A DNA stretch of 64,000 bases from Patescibacteria group bacterium (GTDB lineage: Bacteria > Patescibacteriota > WWE3 > UBA101185 > UBA10185). The position numbers and the translations under genes were made by a program. How positions within the stretch are numbered: position 1 is the first letter of the stretch; each line of letters starts with the position of its first letter. The notes under the pieces were generated by a model. The model was given only the letters and a program-made list of their open reading frames with translations. It did not search any database and had not been told where the DNA came from. This document shows positions 19,518-30,434 of this stretch, piece by piece. The stretch is from contig BPJL01000007.1 in assembly GCA_026004595.1 (NCBI GenBank), positions 12,460 to 76,459 on the forward strand, written 5' to 3'.

Positions 19518-22130
19518 TCAAAGATCGCGTTCTATTATTTCAAAACCTTTCCATCTTCCATTTGAACACGGTTTTCCAATGTGATCCTCTAGTGCGTTTT
19601 TAAAGTTCGGTCTTGATATCATTGGATAGTTAGGAAAGTTTTGACAGTACCATGTTTTAAAAACATTATACAGATAAGTACAGGAAAAGCTTTTATCCCC
19701 TTTTGTGATCTTTTCTTTTACAAAACGCCTTATCGGATCGTTTTCTTCCCAGTGTTTCTCAGTGTATTCCACGATAGCTCTTGGCTTAGTTAACCCTTCT
19801 TTCTTATAAAAAGAATAATAGTTAACCAGTATCCAACCGAACGCCTGCGCCAGTTCATCAAGTCTACTATCGAAAAAGGGGTCAAGTTTAAACCTTCTCT
19901 GTTCAAACTGTTCCTCTTCGTCGTCTGGTGCGTCATCTGTCCAAGTGCTAAGAAAGGGTACGTAAACAAAACGGTTTATAAGAGCCTTTGATACCGTTGT
20001 AAACTCTGGTATCCTGTTGCAGAGTATCACGACTTTAATGCTTATATCAAACGAACTACCGTTGTCGTAGCAGAAGCGTGCAAAAAGCTTGTCATTGCCC
20101 GTAAGTCTTTTTACTGTTCCCTCTTTTATTTTTTCCTCATTCTCAGTCTCGGGAACAAAACCAACTTTAGCCCCTTTCGTTTGAGCCAGCTCGGGTGAAG
20201 GGCCGTTTGCGCTACTTTTGCCAGTGAGAATTGACGGGGGTAAGTCAACAGCGTAGTCACCAAGCGTTAGTTGAACCAGCTTTGATAACATTGTCTTCGA
20301 GTTGTTCCCATCACCACACCAACATCTTAGTATCTTTTCTGAGTTTTTACCGTAGAGAAAAGAGGAAAAGTCCTTTAGCATGTAGTGAATAAGCTCCTCA
20401 TCATGAAAGATCTGCCTTATCCACTTCATAACCTCAACAACGTGTTTACTTTCCCACGAGTAGTCAGTCCTAAAGGGTATTTTTGTTGACTTTGTGATAA
20501 AGTCCTCAAGTTTACCTTCAGTAGGGAAAGCCTTGTCTTCCGTACAGACAATAACACAGTTACTCCAACCCGTTTTTGTTGGGTCAGCATCACGATACTT
20601 GTCAAAGTCTTTAACCTCAAAGTACTGTTGACACGCCTTTACGATTGTCGACTTCCAGTTATGATTTCCCATTTTCTCAATCAACTTCGTTATCTCTTTT
20701 ATGTACTGTTCTGATTGGCGTTCCTCTGAAGGGGAGTCAGTGTTTGATGACATGTCTTGAAACCTTTTTCTTAACTCTTTGTAACAACGTACCACCTTTT
20801 CTTTCATGTCTCTTCTTAAGTCAACTGCTTCAGACTGTTCGACTAGTCTGTTGTTATCAAACCTGTACCACCTTTTCCCTCCAGCCCAGATGTGATCAAG
20901 CCAGAGAACTCGATAAACAGCGTCTGCCACGTCGTCGTGTATAAGTGTTAAAGCGTCAAGTAGACTTTTCTTGTACCAGTTCTTGTGCCAGGTTTCGTAT
21001 TCTCTCGGAGAGTCTCTTCTCGCGTACCAACCAATAGTCTTTATGGTAAGGTGATTAGGGTTAAGTGAGTAGTAGTAATCACGGCAGTTGTCAGCGAACT
21101 TTGATGAAATGAGACGAAACAGCCTAAAGCCCTCGTCGGAACCGTTGTGAATATTATAGATACACTGTCCAATCTCTTTCCAGAAGTGTATCTGATTTAT
21201 TCTTGTTTTTGAAATAAGAGGCAACAGGTATTTTAACATCGTCTTTGGGTTGTCGTGAGTAACGTCCTCGTCAAACGATGCCGTTGGGCTGTTCGGGACT
21301 ACTTCCCTCACCGTTGTTTCTCCTGACCAAAAGTGTATTGACCTTAACAGGGGATACCAGTAGTAGAGATCACCATTCGTTTCCAGAAACGACGATGATA
21401 TCAACTTCTTGTATATAAACTGATAGTTCTCCGGTATAAAGATGTTTCTGCTAAGCTTGTACTCCTTTGGGTTGTATACGTTGTCTATTACTCCATAGAT
21501 AGACGTTAGTCTACAGGGAGCATGCTTTGGATCAAACTTTCCCCTATACATCGGTACATAATTTTCTATCTGAATAATCTCCCAGTCAAAGGGTAAGAAA
21601 GACATAAGAGAATGCTTTACCTCTTTTGTTATAACTTCTTTTAGGTAATCAACGTTTACGTGACAGTAGGGGAATATAAAGTTCACATTAAAATATATAT
21701 CCCTTCCAATCTTGTACCCTCTCGATTCTTCAACAAAAAGAATCAAGTTGTTTTTTGAAACGTTTAGCTTCTGCATAAGAATGTTCTGAATCATCGAACC
21801 TAATCTTACTATCAGAAACTTGTCATATTCGTCCTTTAGTATAAGGTGTATCATAACCGGCAGTTTATCGGTTATGATTTCTGATAGACTATGACCCAAC
21901 AGTGAAAAGTTAAACTCATAAGGGTTGCTTGGAAGCGGAAACTCATCATCTTCATCATCGAAAATCATTGTTTCCTTTAACTCGTCTTGATAAGTTAGCT
22001 CACAGAAACTGCTGAAAAACTCTCCCAAGAGCTTATAGTCAATGATAAACTTTTGACCATTAAACATCACTGGAATACCAGTATCATTCGGTATGAACTG
22101 TTTAAATTTTTTGTTGACAAGGTTTTCCAT
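19518..22130 (-). CDS. D5-like primase-helicase (SF3)
   Basis: PriCT-like region (WKEIGQCIYN..TIGWYARRDSP), D5_N region, Walker A GDGNNSKT, PELAQTKG, KRLTGNDKLFAR, VILCN. Confidence 0.93.
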   Translation of the reverse strand: MENLVNKKFKQFIPNDTGIPVMFNGQKFIIDYKLLGEFFSSFCELTYQDELKETMIFDDEDDEFPLPSNPYEFNFSLLGHSLSEIITDKLPVMIHLILKDEYDKFLIVRLGSMIQNILMQKLNVSKNNLILFVEESRGYKIGRDIYFNVNFIFPYCHVNVDYLKEVITKEVKHSLMSFLPFDWEIIQIENYVPMYRGKFDPKHAPCRLTSIYGVIDNVYNPKEYKLSRNIFIPENYQFIYKKLISSSFLETNGDLYYWYPLLRSIHFWSGETTVREVVPNSPTASFDEDVTHDNPKTMLKYLLPLISKTRINQIHFWKEIGQCIYNIHNGSDEGFRLFRLISSKFADNCRDYYYSLNPNHLTIKTIGWYARRDSPREYETWHKNWYKKSLLDALTLIHDDVADAVYRVLWLDHIWAGGKRWYRFDNNRLVEQSEAVDLRRDMKEKVVRCYKELRKRFQDMSSNTDSPSEERQSEQYIKEITKLIEKMGNHNWKSTIVKACQQYFEVKDFDKYRDADPTKTGWSNCVIVCTEDKAFPTEGKLEDFITKSTKIPFRTDYSWESKHVVEVMKWIRQIFHDEELIHYMLKDFSSFLYGKNSEKILRCWCGDGNNSKTMLSKLVQLTLGDYAVDLPPSILTGKSSANGPSPELAQTKGAKVGFVPETENEEKIKEGTVKRLTGNDKLFARFCYDNGSSFDISIKVVILCNRIPEFTTVSKALINRFVYVPFLSTWTDDAPDDEEEQFEQRRFKLDPFFDSRLDELAQAFGWILVNYYSFYKKEGLTKPRAIVEYTEKHWEENDPIRRFVKEKITKGDKSFSCTYLYNVFKTWYCQNFPNYPMISRPNFKNALEDHIGKPCSNGRWKGFEIIERDL

Positions 22131-22258
22131 ATTTTCTAAAAAACATGTTATATTTAAACTTCAAATGTTCTCCAGACTGACAAAGAAGAAAAAAAGAAAA
22201 AAGAGCATATTACTTAAAACTGTTTCACAAATAGTAGAAGAGGCTTTAAGAAACGAAT

Positions 22259-22855
22259 TCAGTCGAGTGTTTCGCAAGTTTCTTCTTCTAGTATTTGAGA
22301 TAGCTCTTCTTCTGTCTCTTGGTGTACTAATTCAGCAAGTTTTTTACGGAATCCCTTGATTGACTTGTACACATGACTGTGAAAGTCGTCGCTGTTAACC
22401 GACTCGATACTAACCCATTCACCGTTTTCCAGTTCAAACGGCTCTTCAACCTCAACCACTATCATAACATAGTAATATTTCCCCAGCCAATAACAGCACT
22501 TAGATTCACGTATCTTTTTTTCTAGTTGATCTAACACATCTTTTCGAGTAACAAGTTCCTCCCGTGTTTCTCTTATCGCCGTATCCCTAAAACTTTCAAG
22601 AAAAATAAACTGTTTTTTGATCACGGCTTCCCTTTTCCCAGACGGTATCCCTTTTTTCTTTTTATCTATTATAACACAGATCTTATCGTCGGGAGTGATA
22701 AACAAAACGCCAGCGGCACAAAACCCGGCTTTATCAACGTCGAGTAAATCACCTGATAGATATGAGTTTGTAGAACACAGCCTTTTTCTTTTGATAAAGG
22801 ATTCACACTTTCTAAAATCGTGAAAGTTACCACAGCAACAGAATTCTGTTATCAT
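22259..22855 (-). CDS. Nudix hydrolase
   Basis: AAGVLF..PSGKRE..ESFRDTAIRETREEL (Nudix box with insertion). Confidence 0.8.
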   Translation of the reverse strand: MITEFCCCGNFHDFRKCESFIKRKRLCSTNSYLSGDLLDVDKAGFCAAGVLFITPDDKICVIIDKKKKGIPSGKREAVIKKQFIFLESFRDTAIRETREELVTRKDVLDQLEKKIRESKCCYWLGKYYYVMIVVEVEEPFELENGEWVSIESVNSDDFHSHVYKSIKGFRKKLAELVHQETEEELSQILEEETCETLD

Positions 22856-22913
22856 GATTTAAGTTTAATTTATAATTAGAATATGAATCAATGCGGATAG
22901 TTGTTTTGTTTAA

Positions 22914-23180
22914 ATGAACGCGTTTGTCATATTTAGGAGAAGGTGTACCTGTTCAGTTCCAATCGGACTGCTTCAGGAAAGAATAGAAAACGGTGAGTCG
23001 GTACCAGGCTGTGATAAAATGTGTTGTAAACTTAACATCCTTCACGCCCCTTTCTATTTTGTCGTCAACGTTGATGATGAGAGACTGGTTGTTAAAAAAG
23101 ACACAGGTATGGCAAGAAGAGAAGAGTCAACACCAGACTATGAAATCAAAGCACCAAAAATAGGATCCATAAAGCTTTAA
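22914..23180 (+). CDS. rpb10: DNA-directed RNA polymerase subunit RPB10-like
   Basis: RCTCSVPIG..KMCCK matches the RPB10/RpoN Zn pattern (RCxxCGxxIG..RxCCR). Confidence 0.7.
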   Translation: MNAFVIFRRRCTCSVPIGLLQERIENGESVPGCDKMCCKLNILHAPFYFVVNVDDERLVVKKDTGMARREESTPDYEIKAPKIGSIKL

Positions 23181-23184
23181 ACAG

Positions 23185-25960
23185 ACTTTTGTTGACTTCT
23201 TCTATCGTGATAAACTTTGATCAAAAAAAGCCAAAAACATACTTTTTTATTCCGTTATCACCCGTTGAGAAAAGCATGTTTTCATGGCAACATATATACT
23301 ACTCGGTTCGCAAAGCGTCGCAAAGCGTAACAAGTTTTTACGCAAGCGTTACAAAAATTAAAACAAAAAACACACGGATATAGTTGGGCTTAATTGGTTT
23401 TTGGGATACGCTTAGTTATCAAACAAACCTTGATCAAGTGTTTCTTTGAAGCTTGCACTGTTAAACCCTTTCTAAAACAAATTTTTTTAAGTTTGTTTAT
23501 CGTGATAAAACTTGATCAAAAAACGTTAAAAACATGCTTTTTTATCCCTTTATCACCCGTTGAGAAAAGCATGTTTTCATGGCCACTAGATGGTATATAC
23601 TGCTCAGTTTTAACAAGTTTTTTTAAAAGAATTAAGACAAAAAACACACGGGATATAGCCGGGCTTAATTGGTCCGCGTGACATGCTTGATTTTCAAACA
23701 AACCTTGATCAAGTGATTCTCCTCATCTCACGTTAAACCCTTTCTAAAACAGTCTTTTAAAACATTTGTTGTCAGTGATAAAACTTGATCAAAAACCGTT
23801 AAAAACATGATTTTTTATCCCTGTTTTTCCCGTTCAGAAAAGCATGTTTTTATAGCCACTAGATGGTATATACTGCTCAGTTTTAACAAGTTTTTTTTAA
23901 GAAAATTAAGACAAAAAACACACATGATATAGCCGGGCTTAATTGGTCTGTGAATAATCTTAAACACTCAAACAAACATTGATCAAGTGTTTCTTCGAAG
24001 CTTGCCCCGTTAAACCCTTTCTTAAAGCAGTCTTTTAAATATTTTTTATCCGTGATAAAACTTTGATCAAAAAACGTCAAAAACATGCTTTTTTAACAGG
24101 ATACACTGGGATAAAAAAGTATGTTTTTATAGCCACTAGATGATATATACTACTCGTTTTTAACAAACTGTTAAGAAAAAATAAGACATAAAACACACGG
24201 GACATATTCGGGCTTAATTGGTTTGCGATACACACTTGTGAGACTTTAAGACACTTAAACAAACCTTGATCAAGTGATTCTCCTCATCTCACGATAAACC
24301 CTTTCTAAAACAGTCTTTTTAAAAAAAACCTATTCTCGTGATAAACTTTGAACAAAAACCGTTAAAAACATGATTTTTTATCCCGTTAACTCCCGTTAAG
24401 AAAAGCATGTTTTTATAGCCACTAGATGGTATATACTGCTCAGTTTTAACAAGTTTTTTTAAGAAAATTAAGACAAAAAACACACATGATATAGCCGGGC
24501 TTAATTGGTCTGTGAATAACTTTAAACCCTTAAACAAACATTGATCAAGTGTTTCTTCGAAGCTTGCACTGTTAAACCCCTTTCTAAAACAGTCTTTTTA
24601 AAAAATCTATTCTCGTGATAAAACTTTGATCAAAAAACACCAAAAACATGCTTTTTTATCCCAGTTTATCCCGATGTAAAAAGCATGTTTTTATGGCCAC
24701 TAGATGGTATATACTGCTCGTTTTTTATAAGTTTTTTTTAAAAAATTAAGACAAAAAACACACGTGATATAGCCGGGCTTAATTGGTCTGCGTGATACTC
24801 TAGACACGCTTAGTTATCAAACAAACTTTGATCAAGTGATTCTCCTTATCTCACGTTAAACCATTTCTAAAACATTCTTTTTAAAAAAACCTATTCTCGT
24901 GATAAAACTTTGATCAAAAAATGCTAAAAACATGCTTTTTTATCCCAGTTTATCCCGATGTAAAAAGCATGTTTTTATGGCCACTAGATGGTATATACTG
25001 CTCGTTTTTTATAAGTTTTTTTAAAAGAATTAAGACATAAAATAACCCGTGATATAGTCGGGCTTAATTGGTTCGCGGGACATGCTTAGTGAGCTTTAAA
25101 CAAACCTTGATCAAGTGATTCTAAGCTTACCCGTTAAACCCTTTCTGAAACAGTCTTTTTAAAAAACTTATTTCTGTGATAAAACTTTGATCAAAAAATG
25201 CTAAAAACATGCTTTTTTATCCCAGTTTATCCCGATGTAAAAAGCATGTTTTTATGGCCACTAGATGGTATATACTGCTCGTTTTTTATAAGTTTTTTTA
25301 AAAGAATTAAGACATAAAATAACCCGTGATATAGTCGGGCTTAATTGGTTCGCGGGACATGCTTAGTGAGCTTTAAACAAACCTTGATCAAGTGATTCTA
25401 AGCTTACCCGTTAAACCCTTTCTGAAACAGTCTTTTTAAAAAACTTATTTCTGTGATAAAACTTTGATCAAAAAACACCAAAAACATACTTTTTTATCCC
25501 AGTTCATCCCGATGTAAAAAGCATGTTTTCATAGCCACTAGATGGTATATACTACTCAGTTTTTACAAAGTGTTTTAAAAGAATTAAGACAAAAATTACA
25601 CGGGATATAGTCGGGCTTAATTGGTCTGTGAATAATCTTAAACACTCAAACAAACATTGATCAAGTGTTTCTTTGAAGCTTGCACTGTTAAACCCTTTCT
25701 AAAACAGTCTTTTAAATATTTTTTATCCGTGATAAAACTTGATCAAAAAACGCCAAAAACATACTTTTTCACCCTACTACTTCCCGTTGTAAAAAGCATG
25801 TTTTCATGGCCACTAGATGGTATATACTATTCGTTTTCTATAAGGTTTTTTAAAAGAATTAAAACAAAAACACAAGGGATATGACAAACGCGGTGAGCTT
25901 TAAACCTTCATTGATTCACCGAAGCATTTACACACGACGTGATAGCTGGTTTTAGCTTAT
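23185..25960 (-). repeat. tandem repeat array 2: ~10 more divergent copies (~275-295 bp) of the same unit, reverse orientation
   Basis: Anchor GCCACTAGATG at ~23582, 23855, 24133, 24418, 24696, 24980, 25257, 25534 and 25809, plus a degenerate copy at ~23286. Confidence 0.95.
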
Positions 25961-25978
25961 ATCATATGTTACACTTCG

Positions 25979-28015
25979 TTACTGTTTCTCGTGAAAAAAC
26001 ATGTACATTGTTAATGGTATTGGCTTTATACCTTCGGGAAAGTGATATGAAGGAGGAATAACACCCTCTTTAACCTCTTCTACTTCCTCCTCTTCTTTGG
26101 TTTCAAGTCCTTTTTTGGCTATAGAACTCCATCCCCCAGCTGATGGTGTTATGATGATTCCCTTACTTAAAGCTTTGGATTCATCATAGAGATCATCTTT
26201 TCTAATCGGTTTCTGGAAGTACCTTCTTTTTTCTTTAGCCTCTTGTTTTATCATGGTAAAGTTACTTCTTCGTTCATACCTTGCTGCCTTTTTCTCTTTG
26301 TAGTTAAAATGTACCGTTTGAGTGGTTTTTAACTCAAGAAGTTTTATGATTAGACCTTTTATTTCTTCCCAGTCTGGTATTTCATCTGTCTCATAGGCCA
26401 AGTCGTCTTTTAAGTTAAAATATAGCTCATTAAATACTATTTTTGCAAACTGTTTTCTGAAAAAGTCTCTTTCCTCTTCGCTGAATTCTTCTTCGTCAAG
26501 TAGACGCTTTATGTAAGGTGGTGTTCTGTTTCTGTACACTATTTCCAGTGACTCGTTTTCGGGAAACAGCTTAAATAGCGTCTCTATGTCTTTTGAAATC
26601 ATCTCTTCGGAAACCTCGTCCTGATTATAGTATCTTTTTATCTCATCGTCCTCTTTTAGAACCTTCATTTCGATGGTAGCGTGACTATTATTTTTACAGA
26701 AAATGTCTTCCAGTATTAGTGATCTTATCCCAGGCGCTGTTATTTTATTTAACATGGTTTCCACTGTGACGTCTGGTGTAAAGTCACGAAGCCTTTCTTT
26801 TAAATCCTCTACGGGAGACCTGGATAACACCAAACCCTTTAATTCATTTGGAGAATCAAAACTGTTAAATAGTCTAAAGAGCTCTTCTTCTATGTTTTTC
26901 ACCGACTCTCCTTTCTTATCAAGTTTCAATAACCTTTCGTAAAGGGGTATTATCTTTTTATCTATTATGGTCTTAAATCCATAGATCAATATCTTAAGTT
27001 GTGATTTCTCTTTGTCTGTTAGGTTGATTTTTGGTCTATAGTTTTTCAACTTTTCTAGTATTATGTTAGTGATGTGGTTTCTTTCTTTCACGTTCTCTGG
27101 TATCTCTATCTCGAATGATCTCTTGAAAAGAAGAGCATAAGCTGCATCAGTGGGCCTTTTTTCCGAGAAGCAAACTTCAGCGACGTTACCCGGCAGAATC
27201 TCTATTTTTGGGTACCTTCTTTCCCTTATTCCCCTTGAATCCAAAATAACTTCATCACTCGTGGAAAACCTGCTAAATAGATCACGAATGATGTTAGTGT
27301 TATAGTGACTTGGAATGTCCTTTGAAACGATAATGTTGGGAATATACTTTTGTCTGTCGGGCATGTTTTCTCTGACTACGTCAACAACTATCCACCTCAC
27401 CATTTTTGCGGTTCTTTCTATTTCTTCTTCTGGGGGCTTTGTCAAGGGTATATTATTAGCAAAGTAGTGCCCCTTTGTCCTTTCAATATGTTTAACTAAG
27501 CTTTCGTCTTCAACTTTATCAAAGAGTCCTTCAATCAAAAGTTTTTGCTCGTAAATCTGTCTAGTTGTTAAATGAGAATCAAGTTTGAGTGTTATTCTTT
27601 CACGTTTAGCCTTTTTCTTCTTTTCTACGGTTTTAAACTCTTCTTCATCTTCTTCAATTCTGTAAGGTATCTCGCCGTTAGGAAGCTTTCCGGTTAGCAT
27701 ATTAAACATTTTTTCTGAGTTACTCACGTGAACATAGCTATGACCATAGTGAAAAAACTGGTTTTCCTTTCTCCTTAGCATTCTTGATGGGTCAAAAGGC
27801 ACCTCTTTCTTTCTGTTTACAACAACGTTTACAAGGAAATCTGCTGTCGAAATATCGTTTAACACATCTTCAAGTTCATGTTTACCATAGATCCTTTTGC
27901 ATATTTCCATCGCTTGTTCCTTTGCACGTTTAAACGCCCTCAAAATCTGATCGTGATTAAGTACTCCTGTAAAGCAATAAAGCGTTCTCCTTGTTTCGTC
28001 TACTCTTTTATCCAT
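25979..28015 (-). CDS. large hypothetical protein with a possible RRM-like N-terminal domain
   Basis: TLYCFTG..QI..FLVNVVVN..GHSYVHVSN..MLTGKLPNG, and a second IIVSKDIP..LFSRFS..AEVCF segment. ATG 28015 preferred. Confidence 0.75.
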   Translation of the reverse strand: MDKRVDETRRTLYCFTGVLNHDQILRAFKRAKEQAMEICKRIYGKHELEDVLNDISTADFLVNVVVNRKKEVPFDPSRMLRRKENQFFHYGHSYVHVSNSEKMFNMLTGKLPNGEIPYRIEEDEEEFKTVEKKKKAKRERITLKLDSHLTTRQIYEQKLLIEGLFDKVEDESLVKHIERTKGHYFANNIPLTKPPEEEIERTAKMVRWIVVDVVRENMPDRQKYIPNIIVSKDIPSHYNTNIIRDLFSRFSTSDEVILDSRGIRERRYPKIEILPGNVAEVCFSEKRPTDAAYALLFKRSFEIEIPENVKERNHITNIILEKLKNYRPKINLTDKEKSQLKILIYGFKTIIDKKIIPLYERLLKLDKKGESVKNIEEELFRLFNSFDSPNELKGLVLSRSPVEDLKERLRDFTPDVTVETMLNKITAPGIRSLILEDIFCKNNSHATIEMKVLKEDDEIKRYYNQDEVSEEMISKDIETLFKLFPENESLEIVYRNRTPPYIKRLLDEEEFSEEERDFFRKQFAKIVFNELYFNLKDDLAYETDEIPDWEEIKGLIIKLLELKTTQTVHFNYKEKKAARYERRSNFTMIKQEAKEKRRYFQKPIRKDDLYDESKALSKGIIITPSAGGWSSIAKKGLETKEEEEVEEVKEGVIPPSYHFPEGIKPIPLTMYMFFHEKQ

Positions 28016-28050
28016 TTGATTATACACGAAAAAGTTATATTTCAAAAAAT

Positions 28051-29037
28051 ATGGACACGAGACTTATTTTAAGAGGACCTCCTGGTCCCTGTATCTGTAG
28101 TGAGAAGTGTGATTACTGGTTCACAAAAGTGATCAACAAGAACCCAACGCGGGCAAGCGAACCCTTGATAAAAACGGATTTTAAAAAGTTCGGCGAATCA
28201 AGTATTGAACAGGGCTGGAGCTTTGAAACGGTTAACCCCGTCGATTCATCACCTTTCCCGTGGTTAGTTATGGTAAATGGAAAAGGTGGAAAGCTATTAC
28301 TAAGAATGAACCCAAAAGTCGTTAACGTTAATTACAATGGAACTATTTTGAGGGCTATTGTCTTTTTGCCTCTTGATAAACTGGTAAACAACACTAGCAG
28401 TGTTTTGCTTGACAATGTTGTAACAACAAGCTTTATATTTCCAAAGAGTTATCAGGTTAAAAGCTTTTTTGATATAGTCGACGGGGATAAACTTTTTAAG
28501 GAAAGGATTGTTTTTGTTCCACTTAATCACAGCATAATCAACTTGACGATAAACAACACAGTGATCAAGATCAATCCGGATGACGTGAGAAACAAAGACA
28601 TGTTGGGTCCCTATTACATCGACGGTGAATCAAACCAGTTGGACATAACACTCTACGTTGGAAAGGTTACAAAAAAGAAAAAATATTATATGTTCTCTTT
28701 TGACTATGATGGCAAAGATATAGTTAATCCACCACAGTATGCTTTCGAGGTGGTTGGTTTGGTTGAGAGGCCTGATGCAAAAGGTGAACTGAAATACTTT
28801 ATAGACAGTGCGGTTGTCGATGTTAACAACAGGAAAAAGATCAAACTTGAAATGATACAGCCAAAAAAGATTAAAGTGTCTCTGGAAGAGGATATAGAAA
28901 GTGATTTTGCCTATAGCATGTCACCGGACATGTCTATAACGGAAATACAGACACAAGAACCCTGGATAATTTTTGTATCGCAAAAAGCGGTTAAGGTGTT
29001 TGGACTCTTTATAACAGAGGAATGGGTTGCTTTGTAA
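28051..29037 (+). CDS. hypothetical protein
   Basis: ATG 28051 (MDTRLILRGPPGPC); beta-rich; no family recognised. Confidence 0.75.
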   Translation: MDTRLILRGPPGPCICSEKCDYWFTKVINKNPTRASEPLIKTDFKKFGESSIEQGWSFETVNPVDSSPFPWLVMVNGKGGKLLLRMNPKVVNVNYNGTILRAIVFLPLDKLVNNTSSVLLDNVVTTSFIFPKSYQVKSFFDIVDGDKLFKERIVFVPLNHSIINLTINNTVIKINPDDVRNKDMLGPYYIDGESNQLDITLYVGKVTKKKKYYMFSFDYDGKDIVNPPQYAFEVVGLVERPDAKGELKYFIDSAVVDVNNRKKIKLEMIQPKKIKVSLEEDIESDFAYSMSPDMSITEIQTQEPWIIFVSQKAVKVFGLFITEEWVAL

Positions 29038-29061
29038 ACAACATTATTCACGATGATATAA

Positions 29062-29640
29062 ATGGGATGGCAAAAACTAGTCTTGATACTGATAACTATC
29101 TTAATAATATTGATAGCTCTCGATAACTTTACAAAAAGGGAAATCAACGTACCCCAATTGACTTCTGTTTATAGACCAACCAAAGTGATCTCTACTGGCC
29201 AAGAGTTAACCTGCAAAGCACTGAGCCTGATAACAAAAAGGCCTGTTGTTTATAACTATAGAAAGGCTGGCATCATTAACCCTAAAACAAAAAAGCCTTT
29301 GGAAATAGACTGTTTTGATGGTAAAATTGGAGTCGAGTATAACGGCATTCAGCACTATGTCTTTCCTAACAGGTTTCACGTTAGTGCTGAGGAATTTGAA
29401 GCACAAAAAAGAAGAGACAGAGAGAAACTTGAACAGGCGAGAAAGCTTAGGATACCCCTTATCATTGTTCCCTATTACATTGACAGCTGCGTGATGACGC
29501 CCGAGGGACCGAAAAGAAAACAGTTACCGAAAGAAACACGCTTTGTAAGGATATACTCCTATCTTAAACATGTGATACGACACTGGGACTCAGGGAACGT
29601 ACCTCCTCACGAACTTTCTCAATTGTGTAACTGTAAATAG
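29062..29640 (+). CDS. membrane-anchored restriction-endonuclease-fold (PD-(D/E)xK, Vsr-like) protein
   Basis: N-terminal TM; NPKT..LEIDCF..GVEYNGIQHY..RD..K..IPLIIVPY, typical of the NCLDV restriction-like endonuclease family. Confidence 0.8.
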   Translation: MGWQKLVLILITILIILIALDNFTKREINVPQLTSVYRPTKVISTGQELTCKALSLITKRPVVYNYRKAGIINPKTKKPLEIDCFDGKIGVEYNGIQHYVFPNRFHVSAEEFEAQKRRDREKLEQARKLRIPLIIVPYYIDSCVMTPEGPKRKQLPKETRFVRIYSYLKHVIRHWDSGNVPPHELSQLCNCK

Positions 29641-30412
29641 GAAGGTATACAACATTGGGACTAACACCGTATAACACCTGTTCAACGTCAACCGTTCTTT
29701 CAGTAAAAAGGGAGAATATTTTATCGTTTCTGTTTGGTAACTCAACCGGTTTATCGTCTATGTAGATCTTTGATAAAACGTTAGCCGTCTTTTTCCTGTT
29801 TGGAATAAGTATCAGGGCGGACTGGTTTTTACCAACTATGGGCTTAACTTTCATCGTTGTTATCATAAGTGACCTTCTTGCGTTAATTATTCTTTTCGAA
29901 CCCATCGCGTTGTTAAGTTTACCTTCTATTCTGTTAAAGTAACTTGTGAAACTAACTGCTGCGTCGTTATAGTATCTTTCGTCTGACTTAAAATCAACGT
30001 CTTCGTACTTTTCAAGTTTAGAATAAAAAATTCTTTTTGGTATTAGTTCAGCATCGATTTTATACCCCTCTACAACGTTTATCATGATTGTGTATTTGCC
30101 CTGAGGTAGATCATAGGGTATTCTAACAGCTGCTTCTTTAAGATAAGGAATAGTAAAGATACAGATGTCCTTTTCGTGAGAGTAGAGTGAAACATCAAAG
30201 TAGGTACCCGGGTGTTTTACTCTTAAAACAAAGCTTTTATGTTCAACTGGTCCTATGCTATACAGGTCTGTTCCGGTGAGCTGAAGGGCGGGTAAAAGCT
30301 TAGTATCAGTTTTCTTTATTTTTATCGGTTTTTCTCTAAAAACCACTAAATATACAATAATGGGTATAATAAGAATAACTAGAACGATAACAAAAACTAC
30401 AAAAAAGTTCAT
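29564..30412 (-). CDS. N-terminally membrane-anchored hypothetical protein
   Basis: Long hydrophobic N-terminus followed by basic residues. Confidence 0.75.
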   Translation of the reverse strand: MNFFVVFVIVLVILIIPIIVYLVVFREKPIKIKKTDTKLLPALQLTGTDLYSIGPVEHKSFVLRVKHPGTYFDVSLYSHEKDICIFTIPYLKEAAVRIPYDLPQGKYTIMINVVEGYKIDAELIPKRIFYSKLEKYEDVDFKSDERYYNDAAVSFTSYFNRIEGKLNNAMGSKRIINARRSLMITTMKVKPIVGKNQSALILIPNRKKTANVLSKIYIDDKPVELPNRNDKIFSLFTERTVDVEQVLYGVSPNVVYLPIYSYTIEKVREEVRSLSPSVVSHV

Positions 30413-30434
30413 TTTTATAAAATCTTATAATATT

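Noticed and set aside
23189-25884. Short ORFs inside repeat array 2
   Set aside because: They are translations of the non-coding unit, are broken by homopolymer indels in sister units, and mostly lack ATG starts in the usual context.
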